This document shows positions 26,290 through 35,849 of a DNA stretch of 64,000 nt, piece after piece. The position numbers and the translations under genes were made by a program. Under the pieces are notes generated by a model that searched no databases, was not told where the DNA came from, and worked only from the letters and a program-made list of their open reading frames with translations. The DNA is taken from IMG/VR virus record IMGVR_UViG_3300036853_000446, positions 62,001-126,000 of that record. One strand, written 5' to 3'. Numbering within the stretch: the stretch's first letter is position 1; each line of letters begins with the position of its first letter.

Positions 26290-27822
26290 GATCCCCAAAT
26301 CAAAAAGTCGTCCTTTGGTGATGAGGGCGAGCTTCTCGCTTTGCGTGGGCTCACGCCCGAGGACCCGACCACACGCGGTCAGGTAGGTCGCCACATCTAC
26401 ATAGGAGGCTGCGCCGCCCACCGCGAGCACGGTCCGATAGATCCGAGCCTCCCCAGCGACCGTCGGAGTCTTGTGAAGTAGATCCAAAACCCTAGATATT
26501 GCGAGAACATCGCGTCCCGAGAACCCTCGAGAGGCCTCTACGGCGCGCCACCCGCCGGCTCTGTGCAGGAGCACGCCCTCGGTGACTCGCGCCGCGTTCT
26601 GACGGTCCCCGATGAGGCGCCCCACGGCATGGGCGAGCCGCTGACGCAGGGGGCTCGCGCTCGCCGGGATCAAATTATTGTTGGAATGATCCTCTTCGAC
26701 CTCGTTCCCCGGACTCTTTCCCCCCATGTCCTGACGGATCTTCTGAACCGCGCGGTCGGTGAGCGCCTTGGCGAGATCTTTGACGACCGAGTCGAGTGGA
26801 TCCTTCTCCACTTTAGGACTCGGCTTCTTCCCAGCCCCCTCACCACTCTGATCGGTGTCATCACCGCCACCATCACCGTCATTACCAGCGCCGCCCGGGA
26901 ACTGCTCCTTCTCGTCACCGAAGTCGAGTGCGGTTCGAGCTGCCTTTGCGCGGGCGTTGCGATCAACACGACGGGGCGGCGCACTCAAGGCCACCTGCAG
27001 GCGATCGGTATGGAGATGATTGTAGAGTGAAGCCTCTTCGGGCGAGAGGATGTTTCGGACGACGGCGCCTTTGAAGGCGGGATTGCCAACCCAGGAGGCC
27101 TCTATAAATTTGTTAGAGTTCGGCTCGCTAACATTTCCACACAGCTCTGCAATCTTGCGTTGCGTCCCAAGGATATCGAGAAACGTGTTTCCCTTCTCAT
27201 ATTTTATGTGGGCACAAAGTTCGGTTTCGTCAGCGGCGACGTTGCCGCACTTAGTGCAGGCCGTGAAACTTACATTACAGCCCATCGAGAGCGTCTGGAG
27301 TTGCTTCGAGTTGATCGCCGCGATGAGCGGTCGATGCTTCCGAGCGGTTGCGACGAGAATGTCGATATAGACGCTGTCGCCGATATCGCGGGCGCAAGCG
27401 TCCACGATCTTGCCCTTGCTCATCTCGGGCAGCTGCAAGTGTTCGACGTAGTTTTCCCCGCCTACGAACGTGCGGAACGACGCGAGAAGTAGCTTCCTTT
27501 CCCATGCGTCGTGGTTCGAATTTATATAAGCGCTCGTCTTCGCGGTGATGTAGTAGTCCTGGAACCGTCGATCAACTGTGAACCCGTCCTCGAGGTGACG
27601 CCCGAGAGCCTTCGGACCATTCTCGGTGTCGACCGACGCCACGATAGTGCAATGGGTCAGGAGGTAGTCTTTGGGGGTAAACTCACCGAGGGTAACTTTG
27701 GAGGCACCTCGCCTAGCAAACGCCGACCCTAAAGCTTGCGCGCTGTCGCGCACTCGATCCCAAACCGGCATGTTGATGTCCGGCTTGATGATGTTGGCGT
27801 AGGCGTATTTGGCAAAAGCCAC
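26287..27822 (-). CDS. Prohead (capsid maturation) protease with C-terminal extension (about 511 aa)
   Basis: YVEH, LSMGC, FIEASWVGNPAF fit HK97/assemblin-type proteases; CxxC...C insertion; GTG 27822 has AAAGAAAGGT SD. Confidence 0.65.
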   Translation of the reverse strand: MAFAKYAYANIIKPDINMPVWDRVRDSAQALGSAFARRGASKVTLGEFTPKDYLLTHCTIVASVDTENGPKALGRHLEDGFTVDRRFQDYYITAKTSAYINSNHDAWERKLLLASFRTFVGGENYVEHLQLPEMSKGKIVDACARDIGDSVYIDILVATARKHRPLIAAINSKQLQTLSMGCNVSFTACTKCGNVAADETELCAHIKYEKGNTFLDILGTQRKIAELCGNVSEPNSNKFIEASWVGNPAFKGAVVRNILSPEEASLYNHLHTDRLQVALSAPPRRVDRNARAKAARTALDFGDEKEQFPGGAGNDGDGGGDDTDQSGEGAGKKPSPKVEKDPLDSVVKDLAKALTDRAVQKIRQDMGGKSPGNEVEEDHSNNNLIPASASPLRQRLAHAVGRLIGDRQNAARVTEGVLLHRAGGWRAVEASRGFSGRDVLAISRVLDLLHKTPTVAGEARIYRTVLAVGGAASYVDVATYLTACGRVLGREPTQSEKLALITKGRLFDLGI

Positions 27823-27826
27823 GACG

Positions 27827-28183
27827 TCAGACCTTTCTTTGGACAGGATATTTCGGCGCCTTGCCAGTCCGCACAAACTCGTCGATGGCTTTGAACACCT
27901 TGGTCACGTAGGGCGCCGCGTGCAGCCGACGATTGATCGCTGCCTTCAGCTTCTCGAGGTCAGCGGGATCCGAGCTGTCTTTCGACGCGCCCATGTCGCC
28001 CTCGATATCTTCCAGTGCCTTCAGCAAGTGCCCAAGACCATAGATGTTGTGTTGGCGATTCTTTTTTCTGGCCGCAGCCTCCTGCTGCTGATCCCACTGG
28101 ATCAGTAGACCCTGCAGAATCAAGAGGAAGCCCTTCACCGTTGCAGGTACACCAGCAATCACTCTGCGGTCGTAGTCGTACAT
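27827..28183 (-). CDS. Hypothetical protein (118 aa), possible head-internal protein
   Basis: Abuts the upstream stop; N-terminus MYDYDRRVIAG. Confidence 0.55.
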   Translation of the reverse strand: MYDYDRRVIAGVPATVKGFLLILQGLLIQWDQQQEAAARKKNRQHNIYGLGHLLKALEDIEGDMGASKDSSDPADLEKLKAAINRRLHAAPYVTKVFKAIDEFVRTGKAPKYPVQRKV

Positions 28184-28909
28184 TCACCACTCCGTGGGTT
28201 TGCCGTCGGGCCCTAAAATGTCGGACGTCTTGACGAGGTGCATGCACGACGTGCACGCGAGCAGCTTGACGCGCTCCCCACCCTTCATCTTGTAGGTGGC
28301 TCGACGCATCGGCCCTTCTTTGCAATTCGGGCAGGCCAGTCTCTTCGACGCGAGTTCCGTCTTCGTCGCTCGGTATTTACGGTCAGACCCTGCCCAATAC
28401 GCGGCGTCTTTCCTCCGCGCCTCCTCGAGAACGATCGCGGTCACTAGGTTGTACGCGACGCGGTAGAACTTCGAGACCTCGTCTCGCATCGCTTCATCAT
28501 TGGCATTCCGAAAACGGTGCCAAAGCTCGTCGTAAGCTCGAATCGAGTTCGCCCCCGTGTGGAAGACACGCGCGAGGTGTTTGTGAAAGTCCGGTGGAAC
28601 CTCGATGGTCCGCCAGAGCTTGCCCTTCGCGGTCCTGAGAGCATCGGGCTGCCTGGCGTCCCAACCCGGGTAGTACCCGCTGTTCAGCGTCGGCGGGAGA
28701 AAGCGGACGAACTCCGGGTTCACCCGGAGCACGTCTTCAGGGGATACACGCTCGGCGCCGAAGGGCCATTGGACGTCCAGAAACCCGATGCCGTGCAGGA
28801 CCGCGATGACACGGCCCGTATACGGAGAGACCTCCGACCGACCCGGCATGAATTTCTGGACAAAGTCACCCGATCGGAAATCGCGGGCGAGAGACCAATA
28901 ATCAATCAA
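28184..28909 (-). CDS. Hypothetical protein with C-terminal zinc ribbon (241 aa)
   Basis: CPNC...CTSC; SH3-like N-terminus (GDFVQK..GRVIAV..LDVQWP). Confidence 0.65.
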   Translation of the reverse strand: MIDYWSLARDFRSGDFVQKFMPGRSEVSPYTGRVIAVLHGIGFLDVQWPFGAERVSPEDVLRVNPEFVRFLPPTLNSGYYPGWDARQPDALRTAKGKLWRTIEVPPDFHKHLARVFHTGANSIRAYDELWHRFRNANDEAMRDEVSKFYRVAYNLVTAIVLEEARRKDAAYWAGSDRKYRATKTELASKRLACPNCKEGPMRRATYKMKGGERVKLLACTSCMHLVKTSDILGPDGKPTEW

Positions 28910-28951
28910 GACCCCTCCGATTCGTGAACCTCAAGCGAAGCCATTTCAGGC

Positions 28952-31672
28952 TTAGGGAGCCAGTTCCCGCCCGGTGTCGTCCTCGGCTTCGATGACCGCC
29001 GACGACTGATCATCGCCGTACGCAGCCATATAGGGCTCGTCCGAGTCGGTCTCGATGGGCGACATGGGATTTTTGAACGTGTCCATGTAGGGCTCGTCCG
29101 AGTCGCGCTGAAGGACCTGGGCGGCCTTCGCCATCTGCGCGCGCGAGAGGAGGCCCTCGCTCAGTACGCCCCGAGTGAAGCTCTCACTCTCGAGAGCGAC
29201 CTCGGCCTGACGCGCTCGCAGGCTACCCTGGCCATAGACGAGGGACTCGACCGAGTCCGCGATGCGGTCGAGGTGATTGACGAGATGCTTTGCCGCCGTG
29301 AAAGACATCCCCAGCTTCTTGTGGCCGTCCTGGACCCAGCGCGCGAGCTGGTCGATGTTCTGCAGGGTCTGATTCGCGGCCGTCTTTTGTTCACTTGAGA
29401 GTCGCAGCATTTGCCTTACTCCGTTGTCGGTTCTCTTGAAGAGGTTGGTATCTTGTGCCGGGGCAATAGAAGAACTGTCAGCAGTTCGACCGGTCATGGG
29501 GACCTTCACCGTCGTTGCCAGCGTGACGAGTTGGGCGTCGGACAGCTCGTCGAGCGCGACCATCGAGAACGGAGGCTGCTCCAATTGCGCGGCCGTCTCC
29601 CCCGTGAGCAAGACCGTGAGCAGTCCTCTCGCTTTACGTCGTCCGTCGGATGGAAACCTGGCGTACACGGATCTTTCCAGGGCGCCGCGTCCTCGCGCAT
29701 CCTCCGGGAGGCCTATTGGCCTTGATCGACGGTCGAGGGTCGAGGGCATCGGTAATGCGGCGAGATAAGAGGAAACGAGCGTCTTTGCCGCGACCCGGGC
29801 GGCGATTTTCGTGTTCTTCTTCTTGGTCGTCGGCTTCTTCTTCTTCTTTTTGGTGGTTGGCTTCTTCTTCCGCTTGGTTTTCTTCTTCGTCGTTTTCTTC
29901 TTGGTCTTCCTGGTCTTCTTTGCAGGTTTATTTCGATCCTGCAGGTCCTCCCAGAGCCGACGCGCGGCGGCTTTCAGTGCGTCTTCACCCTGAGCATTGG
30001 CGTAGCCAGCTGGCTTCACCGGGGGTATGGGGCGCTTCGGTCTCTTCCCGACCGGGTTCGCCTTCCAAACCTTCCGTGCGTCGTCGTACTCGACCACAAG
30101 CTTCTGGTGCTCGGCAAAGGCCTTGTCGTAGACAGCGGCTTCCTCCACGTCGAGGGTATGACGGACCTTCTTGTATTTCGCTGGCTCGAGACTCTTGAGC
30201 CGCTCGAGCGTCTTGACCTGGAAGCGCTTGGCCCCTTCGTGCCCGTCCTTGTCCCCGTAGGCGCTCGCGCGAACCTTGAAGAAATCGCGCGCCTCCTTCA
30301 TCCCGTCGAGAATGTCGGAGGGATTGTCCGTTTCAGAGATCGCCCCGCGACCCAGATACAACTCTTTGGCATGCTTATAATCGTTTGCCTCCAGGAAGGA
30401 CCGCATGATGGCCTCGCCGCCCTTATGGCCCGAGACCGAGGCCATCATCTTCTTGACGGCCCCCTCCGGAATCCTCTTGAAGCCGCTCGCCGCAGCGGTG
30501 GTCTCGAACACGGAAGTCGCCGTCTTCGAGATCTCTTCCTCCCCGACCTTGCCAAGTAGGGCCCGCGCGACCTGCTGGGCCGCGAGGGGGGAGACCGATC
30601 CGTCAAATGAGAGCTTCTGTTCGAGCTGGTGCTGCACCGCGTAACTCATCGCCACGACCTGCATCTGGTGCTGGTGGTAGGCGTCCGCCTTCTCCTGCCG
30701 GGGGAGTGAATCGAATGCGACCGTTTTGCCCTTCGCGTTGCGCCAGCTCTTCGGAGGCTCGACGCGATCCGGATCCGTTTGGTAGACCGTCGCCACCTTG
30801 GCCGCGAACTCCGCCGGGTTGCCCACCGGCTGGGTCATCGTGGCCCGATAGTTCTCGATGAACGCCTTGGCGTCGTCCGGATGGATCTCGTCCGCGATCA
30901 GCTGGGCCGCGAGTTTAGACGGAACGCTGTCGACCAGGAGAAGGGTCGTTTCCACGCGCTCCGCCGCCGACACCTCGCGTTGCTTCGGAGCCCCAATGCG
31001 CAGCTTCTTGGCGACCGACGGCGGAGGCGGAGGCTTCTTCTCTTCTTCCTCCTCGTCACTATCATCATCGTCATCGTCGCTATCATCATCGTCATCGTCA
31101 TCGTCGCTATCATCATCGTCGTCTTCCGACGGATCCGACTGCTTCTGTGGCGTGACTTTAGCCGCAGGATCAGGGCCCTTCCCAGCCGCAGGATCGGGAG
31201 TCTTGCCGGGTGCAGCGCCGGGCTTTGGAGCTTGGCTTTGGGGTTTCGACGGAGGGGGCGCGACGTAGTCCGGATCCCCCTTTTTCGGCGGCGGATCCCC
31301 CTTTTTCGTCTTCCATTTCTCGTACTTGCTCGGCTCGGCCTTCAGGGTCTCCTCAGTAATGAAGACCTTCTTGCCCGTATCCCTGCTTCGCGCCGGGATC
31401 TTCTTTCCTCTCGTTCCGGGCGAACTTGCCTCGTGGTGCAAGAAGCGCAGGGCCAGCCGATCCCGCATCGAACCGCCAATGTTCTTGTAATTGAGCGAGG
31501 TGTCCTTTCCCTGGAGGTCCGGATCGGAGTCCGTGTCAGGATCGCGATCGACCTCCATACGCTCTCGACGTCGATCCCGACGGGGCGGCTTCTTCTCCGG
31601 CGCGGGCCGAACGAGGCGCTCCGCCTCCTCGTCTTCCCTCTCGACCGGTGGGAGTGTCGCGAGCCTCAGCAT
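28952..31672 (-). CDS. Large low-complexity head-associated protein (906 aa)
   Basis: Immediately downstream of portal; acidic tract, Lys tract, RLALRFL and ARVAAK motifs, DSDEPYM x2. Confidence 0.7.
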   Translation of the reverse strand: MLRLATLPPVEREDEEAERLVRPAPEKKPPRRDRRRERMEVDRDPDTDSDPDLQGKDTSLNYKNIGGSMRDRLALRFLHHEASSPGTRGKKIPARSRDTGKKVFITEETLKAEPSKYEKWKTKKGDPPPKKGDPDYVAPPPSKPQSQAPKPGAAPGKTPDPAAGKGPDPAAKVTPQKQSDPSEDDDDDSDDDDDDDDSDDDDDDSDEEEEEKKPPPPPSVAKKLRIGAPKQREVSAAERVETTLLLVDSVPSKLAAQLIADEIHPDDAKAFIENYRATMTQPVGNPAEFAAKVATVYQTDPDRVEPPKSWRNAKGKTVAFDSLPRQEKADAYHQHQMQVVAMSYAVQHQLEQKLSFDGSVSPLAAQQVARALLGKVGEEEISKTATSVFETTAAASGFKRIPEGAVKKMMASVSGHKGGEAIMRSFLEANDYKHAKELYLGRGAISETDNPSDILDGMKEARDFFKVRASAYGDKDGHEGAKRFQVKTLERLKSLEPAKYKKVRHTLDVEEAAVYDKAFAEHQKLVVEYDDARKVWKANPVGKRPKRPIPPVKPAGYANAQGEDALKAAARRLWEDLQDRNKPAKKTRKTKKKTTKKKTKRKKKPTTKKKKKKPTTKKKNTKIAARVAAKTLVSSYLAALPMPSTLDRRSRPIGLPEDARGRGALERSVYARFPSDGRRKARGLLTVLLTGETAAQLEQPPFSMVALDELSDAQLVTLATTVKVPMTGRTADSSSIAPAQDTNLFKRTDNGVRQMLRLSSEQKTAANQTLQNIDQLARWVQDGHKKLGMSFTAAKHLVNHLDRIADSVESLVYGQGSLRARQAEVALESESFTRGVLSEGLLSRAQMAKAAQVLQRDSDEPYMDTFKNPMSPIETDSDEPYMAAYGDDQSSAVIEAEDDTGRELAP

Positions 31673-33525
31673 CAGAAGCGCCCACCACCGCCGCCGCCCT
31701 CATCGGGCTCCGCAGGGGCGGGTTTCACAGTGAGCTTGAGATACTGCGCGACGCGCTCCGTCACGTCCGTTTTTTCGGCGAGCAAACGACCGACCTCGTT
31801 GCCGACCGAACGGATGATCTCGTTGAACATCGCGTCGTTGACCGTAAAGAGATCCCGCTCGAGCTTGGATTTCGTCTCGTCCGGATCGATGTTCAGCATC
31901 TCCAGGATGAGGTCGACGCTGATCGAGCCCTTTTGATAGAGGTTAAAGAGAGCGTCGAACGTGTCCTGGCTATCCCGTAGCGGAAGGCGCGTGAAGCTGA
32001 GCCGCGGGAACAGGACGACTTCCTGACCCCACTGGTCCTTCTCGACGAAGCCCATCCGGCGGGCGACGGGCTTGAACAGCGACTCTTCGACGTAGTCCTG
32101 GAGGATCTCCCGCAGGTGGAGATACCGCGTGTTGATGACCTCGAGCTTGAGTCGATCGCCCGAGTAGAGAGACTCGCCGCTCATCAGGCTCTCGGTGACG
32201 CCGAGCCCGGAAAGGAGCCGGCGCTCCGTCTGCTCGTACTCGGCGCTCAAGTCGAGTAGGCGGTCTCGAGACCCCATCTCCTCCCAACGTATCTCGTAGT
32301 TCGCGACGATCGAGTAATCGGGGTCGACGAGCGCGAGATCGACTTGCTGCCGGAGAGCCTCCGTGTCGGCATCGGACAAGCCTTCCGCCCAAATGATGCG
32401 CTTGGGCGTCATCGCGCGCGACGCGATCGAAGTCTGCGCTTGCCGGAGCTTCTCCCTAAAGTACAAGGTTCTCAAGCATCTATCGAGAATGCTCTGTCCG
32501 ATATCGGCGTCAGCATGCTTTCTCGCCATCAACAAATGAACGAAGCTTCCTTCGTCGGGGTCCGAGCCCATCGGAATGAGCTGTCCCTGCTCCATGTATT
32601 GACGGACTTCGGCCGGAATTTCCTCGGCCATCTCCTGCGCTATCGGATCCCCTTGCTTGGCCTTATCGAGCAGAGCGCGGTCGCGATCGCTCGGAATGAG
32701 TTCGCATTTGACCTTGTCCGTAAAGCTGAAGGTCGTGATCTTGACCTTGTCGATCGGCAGGATGATGAGCTGCTGCCAACCCTGATAGTTCTTCTGATAA
32801 TGGGTCAGCTCTTGCGCCTCGCCGTCGTCCTTCGGAGTCCAGACTTCCTCCTCGAACTCCCGCGGCTCCCCCCCATCCGTCAGCTCGGCGCGCTTCTCGA
32901 CATGCCGCGTGTGGCCAACGTCCATCGGGGTCTCGACCGCGCTATCTTCAGCAAATACGGCCACATTGCCGTCGAGCCAAAAATGATGAACCATCGTGAT
33001 GAGGCGCTGAAACAGCTTCACCCGCTGGCACATCCGCTCGAACCGACTGAGGATGTACTGGCCGTAGTCATGGGCGTCTTTGAAGCCCTCCGGACATGTC
33101 CTCGGCTTCGGCGGGGCGAGCCTCACTTTCGAGAGGGGCAGCTCCGTATGCAGGTCGATCGCCTGCCCGACGAGTTCGTCGGTGTTGTAAAAATGCCGGT
33201 AGATCTCCCGCTTCTCTCGAAGCGACTGCGGCAACTCCAAAAAATCCGTCGACAGCTGGGGACTAAAGAAATTGTCCCCGCTGCTCATCATCGTGTTGCC
33301 CATGGCGGACGACGACCCGAAGCCGCTCATCCCCATGCCGCCCATGCCGCCACCCAGGCCGCCACTCATGCCCGAGGCCTTCTTGGAGAGCTGGCGCGCG
33401 AGACGCTCCTTGGGCGTCAAGGTCGACTGAAAGCCGCCGGACACGTACGGTCGCGTAAGCCGCTGCTCGGTCCGAGCGATGGTCCGCCCCCCTGGCTGAT
33501 TTGAGAGCCACCCGTCACGAGCCAT
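31672..33525 (-). CDS. Portal protein (617 aa)
   Basis: Near terminase and upstream of protease; large-phage portal-like segments (FY.TD.LV..AIDLH, SILDRC.R.L..REKLR.AQ, LLSGLGV..SL.SG). Confidence 0.75.
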   Translation of the reverse strand: MARDGWLSNQPGGRTIARTEQRLTRPYVSGGFQSTLTPKERLARQLSKKASGMSGGLGGGMGGMGMSGFGSSSAMGNTMMSSGDNFFSPQLSTDFLELPQSLREKREIYRHFYNTDELVGQAIDLHTELPLSKVRLAPPKPRTCPEGFKDAHDYGQYILSRFERMCQRVKLFQRLITMVHHFWLDGNVAVFAEDSAVETPMDVGHTRHVEKRAELTDGGEPREFEEEVWTPKDDGEAQELTHYQKNYQGWQQLIILPIDKVKITTFSFTDKVKCELIPSDRDRALLDKAKQGDPIAQEMAEEIPAEVRQYMEQGQLIPMGSDPDEGSFVHLLMARKHADADIGQSILDRCLRTLYFREKLRQAQTSIASRAMTPKRIIWAEGLSDADTEALRQQVDLALVDPDYSIVANYEIRWEEMGSRDRLLDLSAEYEQTERRLLSGLGVTESLMSGESLYSGDRLKLEVINTRYLHLREILQDYVEESLFKPVARRMGFVEKDQWGQEVVLFPRLSFTRLPLRDSQDTFDALFNLYQKGSISVDLILEMLNIDPDETKSKLERDLFTVNDAMFNEIIRSVGNEVGRLLAEKTDVTERVAQYLKLTVKPAPAEPDEGGGGGGRF

Positions 33526-33979
33526 CCGCTGTCTCCTCTCCGAAGAGCTGTTCGAAGTCGTTGTCCTTGGGCAGCTGCAGGTTGAAGACGTCCTGCACGA
33601 CCGTCTTCACTCGCGCTCGGGCGGCTTCTTCACGCTCGTTCCGCTCCCGCTCCTGCTGCTCGACCCGGCTGGTTTCGAGCAGCCGATCCGTCGCCTGCGC
33701 GCGTTTCAGCGCCTGGCCCATGGCGCCGACCATCCGGGTCTGTGCCGTGTGGTAGATGCGGTAGCGGGGGTCTTCGCCATCGCCCCGAACCCGGCGTGTC
33801 GCCTGCTGGAGGCGATCACAGTGCCCTTGAAGCTCCACGAGCTTGGCCTCGAGGTCCCTTCTCGCCGTCTTGATGGCCGCGACGTGCTCCCCGACGGCCC
33901 GATCGCGCTGACGGCGGATCTCCGCGAGCCTCAGGCGTTCGACCTGGATTCGTTCGTTTTGAGTGTCTGAGGGGGGCAT
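33515..33979 (-). CDS. Coiled-coil hypothetical protein (154 aa)
   Basis: Overlaps the portal start by 11 nt; helical and charged. Confidence 0.6.
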   Translation of the reverse strand: MPPSDTQNERIQVERLRLAEIRRQRDRAVGEHVAAIKTARRDLEAKLVELQGHCDRLQQATRRVRGDGEDPRYRIYHTAQTRMVGAMGQALKRAQATDRLLETSRVEQQERERNEREEAARARVKTVVQDVFNLQLPKDNDFEQLFGEETADGS

Positions 33980-34006
33980 CGATCAAACCCGTCGGCAACA
34001 GGCGAG

Positions 34007-34022
34007 ATCGAAAAGAGCTTTA
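34007..34022 (-). promoter_or_regulatory. CTTTT-core motif copy
   Basis: TAAAGCTCTTTTCGAT; preceded by CCAA as in the 15867 copy. Confidence 0.45.
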
Positions 34023-34049
34023 TTGGCGTTCAGGGTTCCGAATTCACCC

Positions 34050-35357
34050 TCAGACTGACCGCCGACCTCGACGAGACCTGACAGGCTCCTCCTCAAAGAG
34101 GTTCGGATGGTCCCCCAAATACTCGTCCCAATCGAGCCCGCCGCTCAGCGGTGTCAATGAAGATTGCTCCGCCTTCGCGGGTTGAACCGCGTTCTCTAGG
34201 CCCAACGGGCCCAGGCGGAAATATCGAAAACCTCCGCCGCCCGTCCAAGCTACGGCCTTGCTGATCCCGCCCTGGTCCGTGCCGTCAACAACGGCCTTCA
34301 TCCGAGGCACAATGTGCGTGTGACAGTGCTCGCCCTGCTCAATCATTATCCAACGCCGACCCATCTTGTGAGCAACGGCCCCCGTGGTTCCGGAGCCCGC
34401 AAAGGCGTCGAGGACGAGGTCGCCGGGTTTGGTGGCGATGTGCACGATGCGCTGTAGAAGACGCTCAGGCTTCGGTGTGTCAAACACGTGCCGAGCACCG
34501 AAAAGTTCAATCATTTCCTTCTTGGCCTCGTCCGTGTGCCCCACGTCCGCATGCGGCCACCAATTGTGGGGCGTCATGCCGTCACGGACCTCTGAAAGAA
34601 AGAGCTTCACACGTGGCGCAGTGTTGGTTCCATCGCTGCCCCACCAGATGCGGTTCTCCGTGACGTGCCGCTCATGAGCCGCCCGGCTATACTTCCACGC
34701 CTTATTGGGGTTCTTGACGACTGCACCGGTGTTGGGGTTGGTAATGTCGTAACAAAGGTTACGTCGGATATGTGGAGCTGCTTGGTTGAGGTAATCGACT
34801 GACTTCCACGGTCCACGCGAATCATTATCTGGATTCGAATAGCGGGCTCGAGCCTCGTCGGTTCTAGGCAAGAGGCCGCTCTCGAACCGATTTGATTTCG
34901 AATAGACGAGCGCGAAATCCGTGATGGATGCAATGCCGCGACAATTGTTGCTGGCACTGTATTTCTTTTGCCAGGCGATGGTTGCTTGATACCCCGCTCG
35001 CCCGAAGATCTCGTCACACGTGACCTTCACGTAATGGACTCCATGATCGTCCAGCGTTACCCACAGCGATCCATCCTCCGAGAGAAACTGTCGAAGGAGT
35101 CGGATACGATCACGAAGGAATGCCAGCCAAACTCGATGCTCGACGTCGTCATCGTAATGCGCAAACTTGTTCCCCGTGTTATACGGCGGATCGATGTAGA
35201 TGCATTTCACCTGACCAGCGAACTCACGCTCCAGCAGCTTCAGCGCCGGCAGATTGTCCCCGTGGATCAGCCGATTCTCGAAAGTGCCTTCTACAACAGG
35301 CTGAGCAGGATACGAATGCTCGGGGTCTTCGACCAGCGTGAGCGGCGGATATTCCAC
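34050..35357 (-). CDS. Beta-class amino DNA methyltransferase, type III Mod-like, orphan (435 aa)
   Basis: IHGDNL, YIDPPYNTG, TPKPERLLQRI, VLDAFAGSGTTG, GGISK..W.GGGGFRY; no Res subunit adjacent. Confidence 0.92.
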   Translation of the reverse strand: MEYPPLTLVEDPEHSYPAQPVVEGTFENRLIHGDNLPALKLLEREFAGQVKCIYIDPPYNTGNKFAHYDDDVEHRVWLAFLRDRIRLLRQFLSEDGSLWVTLDDHGVHYVKVTCDEIFGRAGYQATIAWQKKYSASNNCRGIASITDFALVYSKSNRFESGLLPRTDEARARYSNPDNDSRGPWKSVDYLNQAAPHIRRNLCYDITNPNTGAVVKNPNKAWKYSRAAHERHVTENRIWWGSDGTNTAPRVKLFLSEVRDGMTPHNWWPHADVGHTDEAKKEMIELFGARHVFDTPKPERLLQRIVHIATKPGDLVLDAFAGSGTTGAVAHKMGRRWIMIEQGEHCHTHIVPRMKAVVDGTDQGGISKAVAWTGGGGFRYFRLGPLGLENAVQPAKAEQSSLTPLSGGLDWDEYLGDHPNLFEEEPVRSRRGRRSV

Positions 35358-35413
35358 ATCCTGCAGCTACACCGGTTGACCTCTATGACTTTCGGAAGTT
35401 ACGGTTTTCGCAG

Positions 35414-35653
35414 CTAATTGGATGAGGACTTGCGAGCGCCCCAGGCCTTGACCGATTCGATCAGCAGATTGATGTGCTCGGGGCTGCCCTGGCAAACTTC
35501 GAACCAGGATCCGCCGAGCTTTCGAAAGACGACCCGCACCGTCAAATACGCGCGGCGATTCATCTTCACCGAGTCCCCCAGGATGTTGTCAGCGAGCATC
35601 CCGATCACCTGGTTGGCAAAGACCAACGGGGGCGGCTTGGATTCGTCGTCCAT
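35414..35653 (-). CDS. Hypothetical protein (79 aa)
   Basis: Co-oriented, fills the gap, protein-like composition. Confidence 0.5.
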   Translation of the reverse strand: MDDESKPPPLVFANQVIGMLADNILGDSVKMNRRAYLTVRVVFRKLGGSWFEVCQGSPEHINLLIESVKAWGARKSSSN

Positions 35654-35829
35654 GCATTACCGGGCGAAACGAAGGACTCCGCGACTGTCTGCACCCTCTC
35701 GAGCCGATTTTCGTGAACAAGACCGACGAATTCCTTCAGATCGCGCTCGACGACACATGCATCTACTTCACCGTTTACGCGAACGGTGGCGAGCAGGCCA
35801 TTCTGCGCGCTCACAAGTGACAGATTCAC
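35605..35829 (-). CDS. Hypothetical protein (74 aa)
   Basis: Co-oriented; 49-nt overlap with the next gene lowers confidence. Confidence 0.35.
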   Translation of the reverse strand: MNLSLVSAQNGLLATVRVNGEVDACVVERDLKEFVGLVHENRLERVQTVAESFVSPGNAWTTNPSRPRWSLPTR

Positions 35830-35849
35830 CTCAAACCGAGTGCGGTTCC

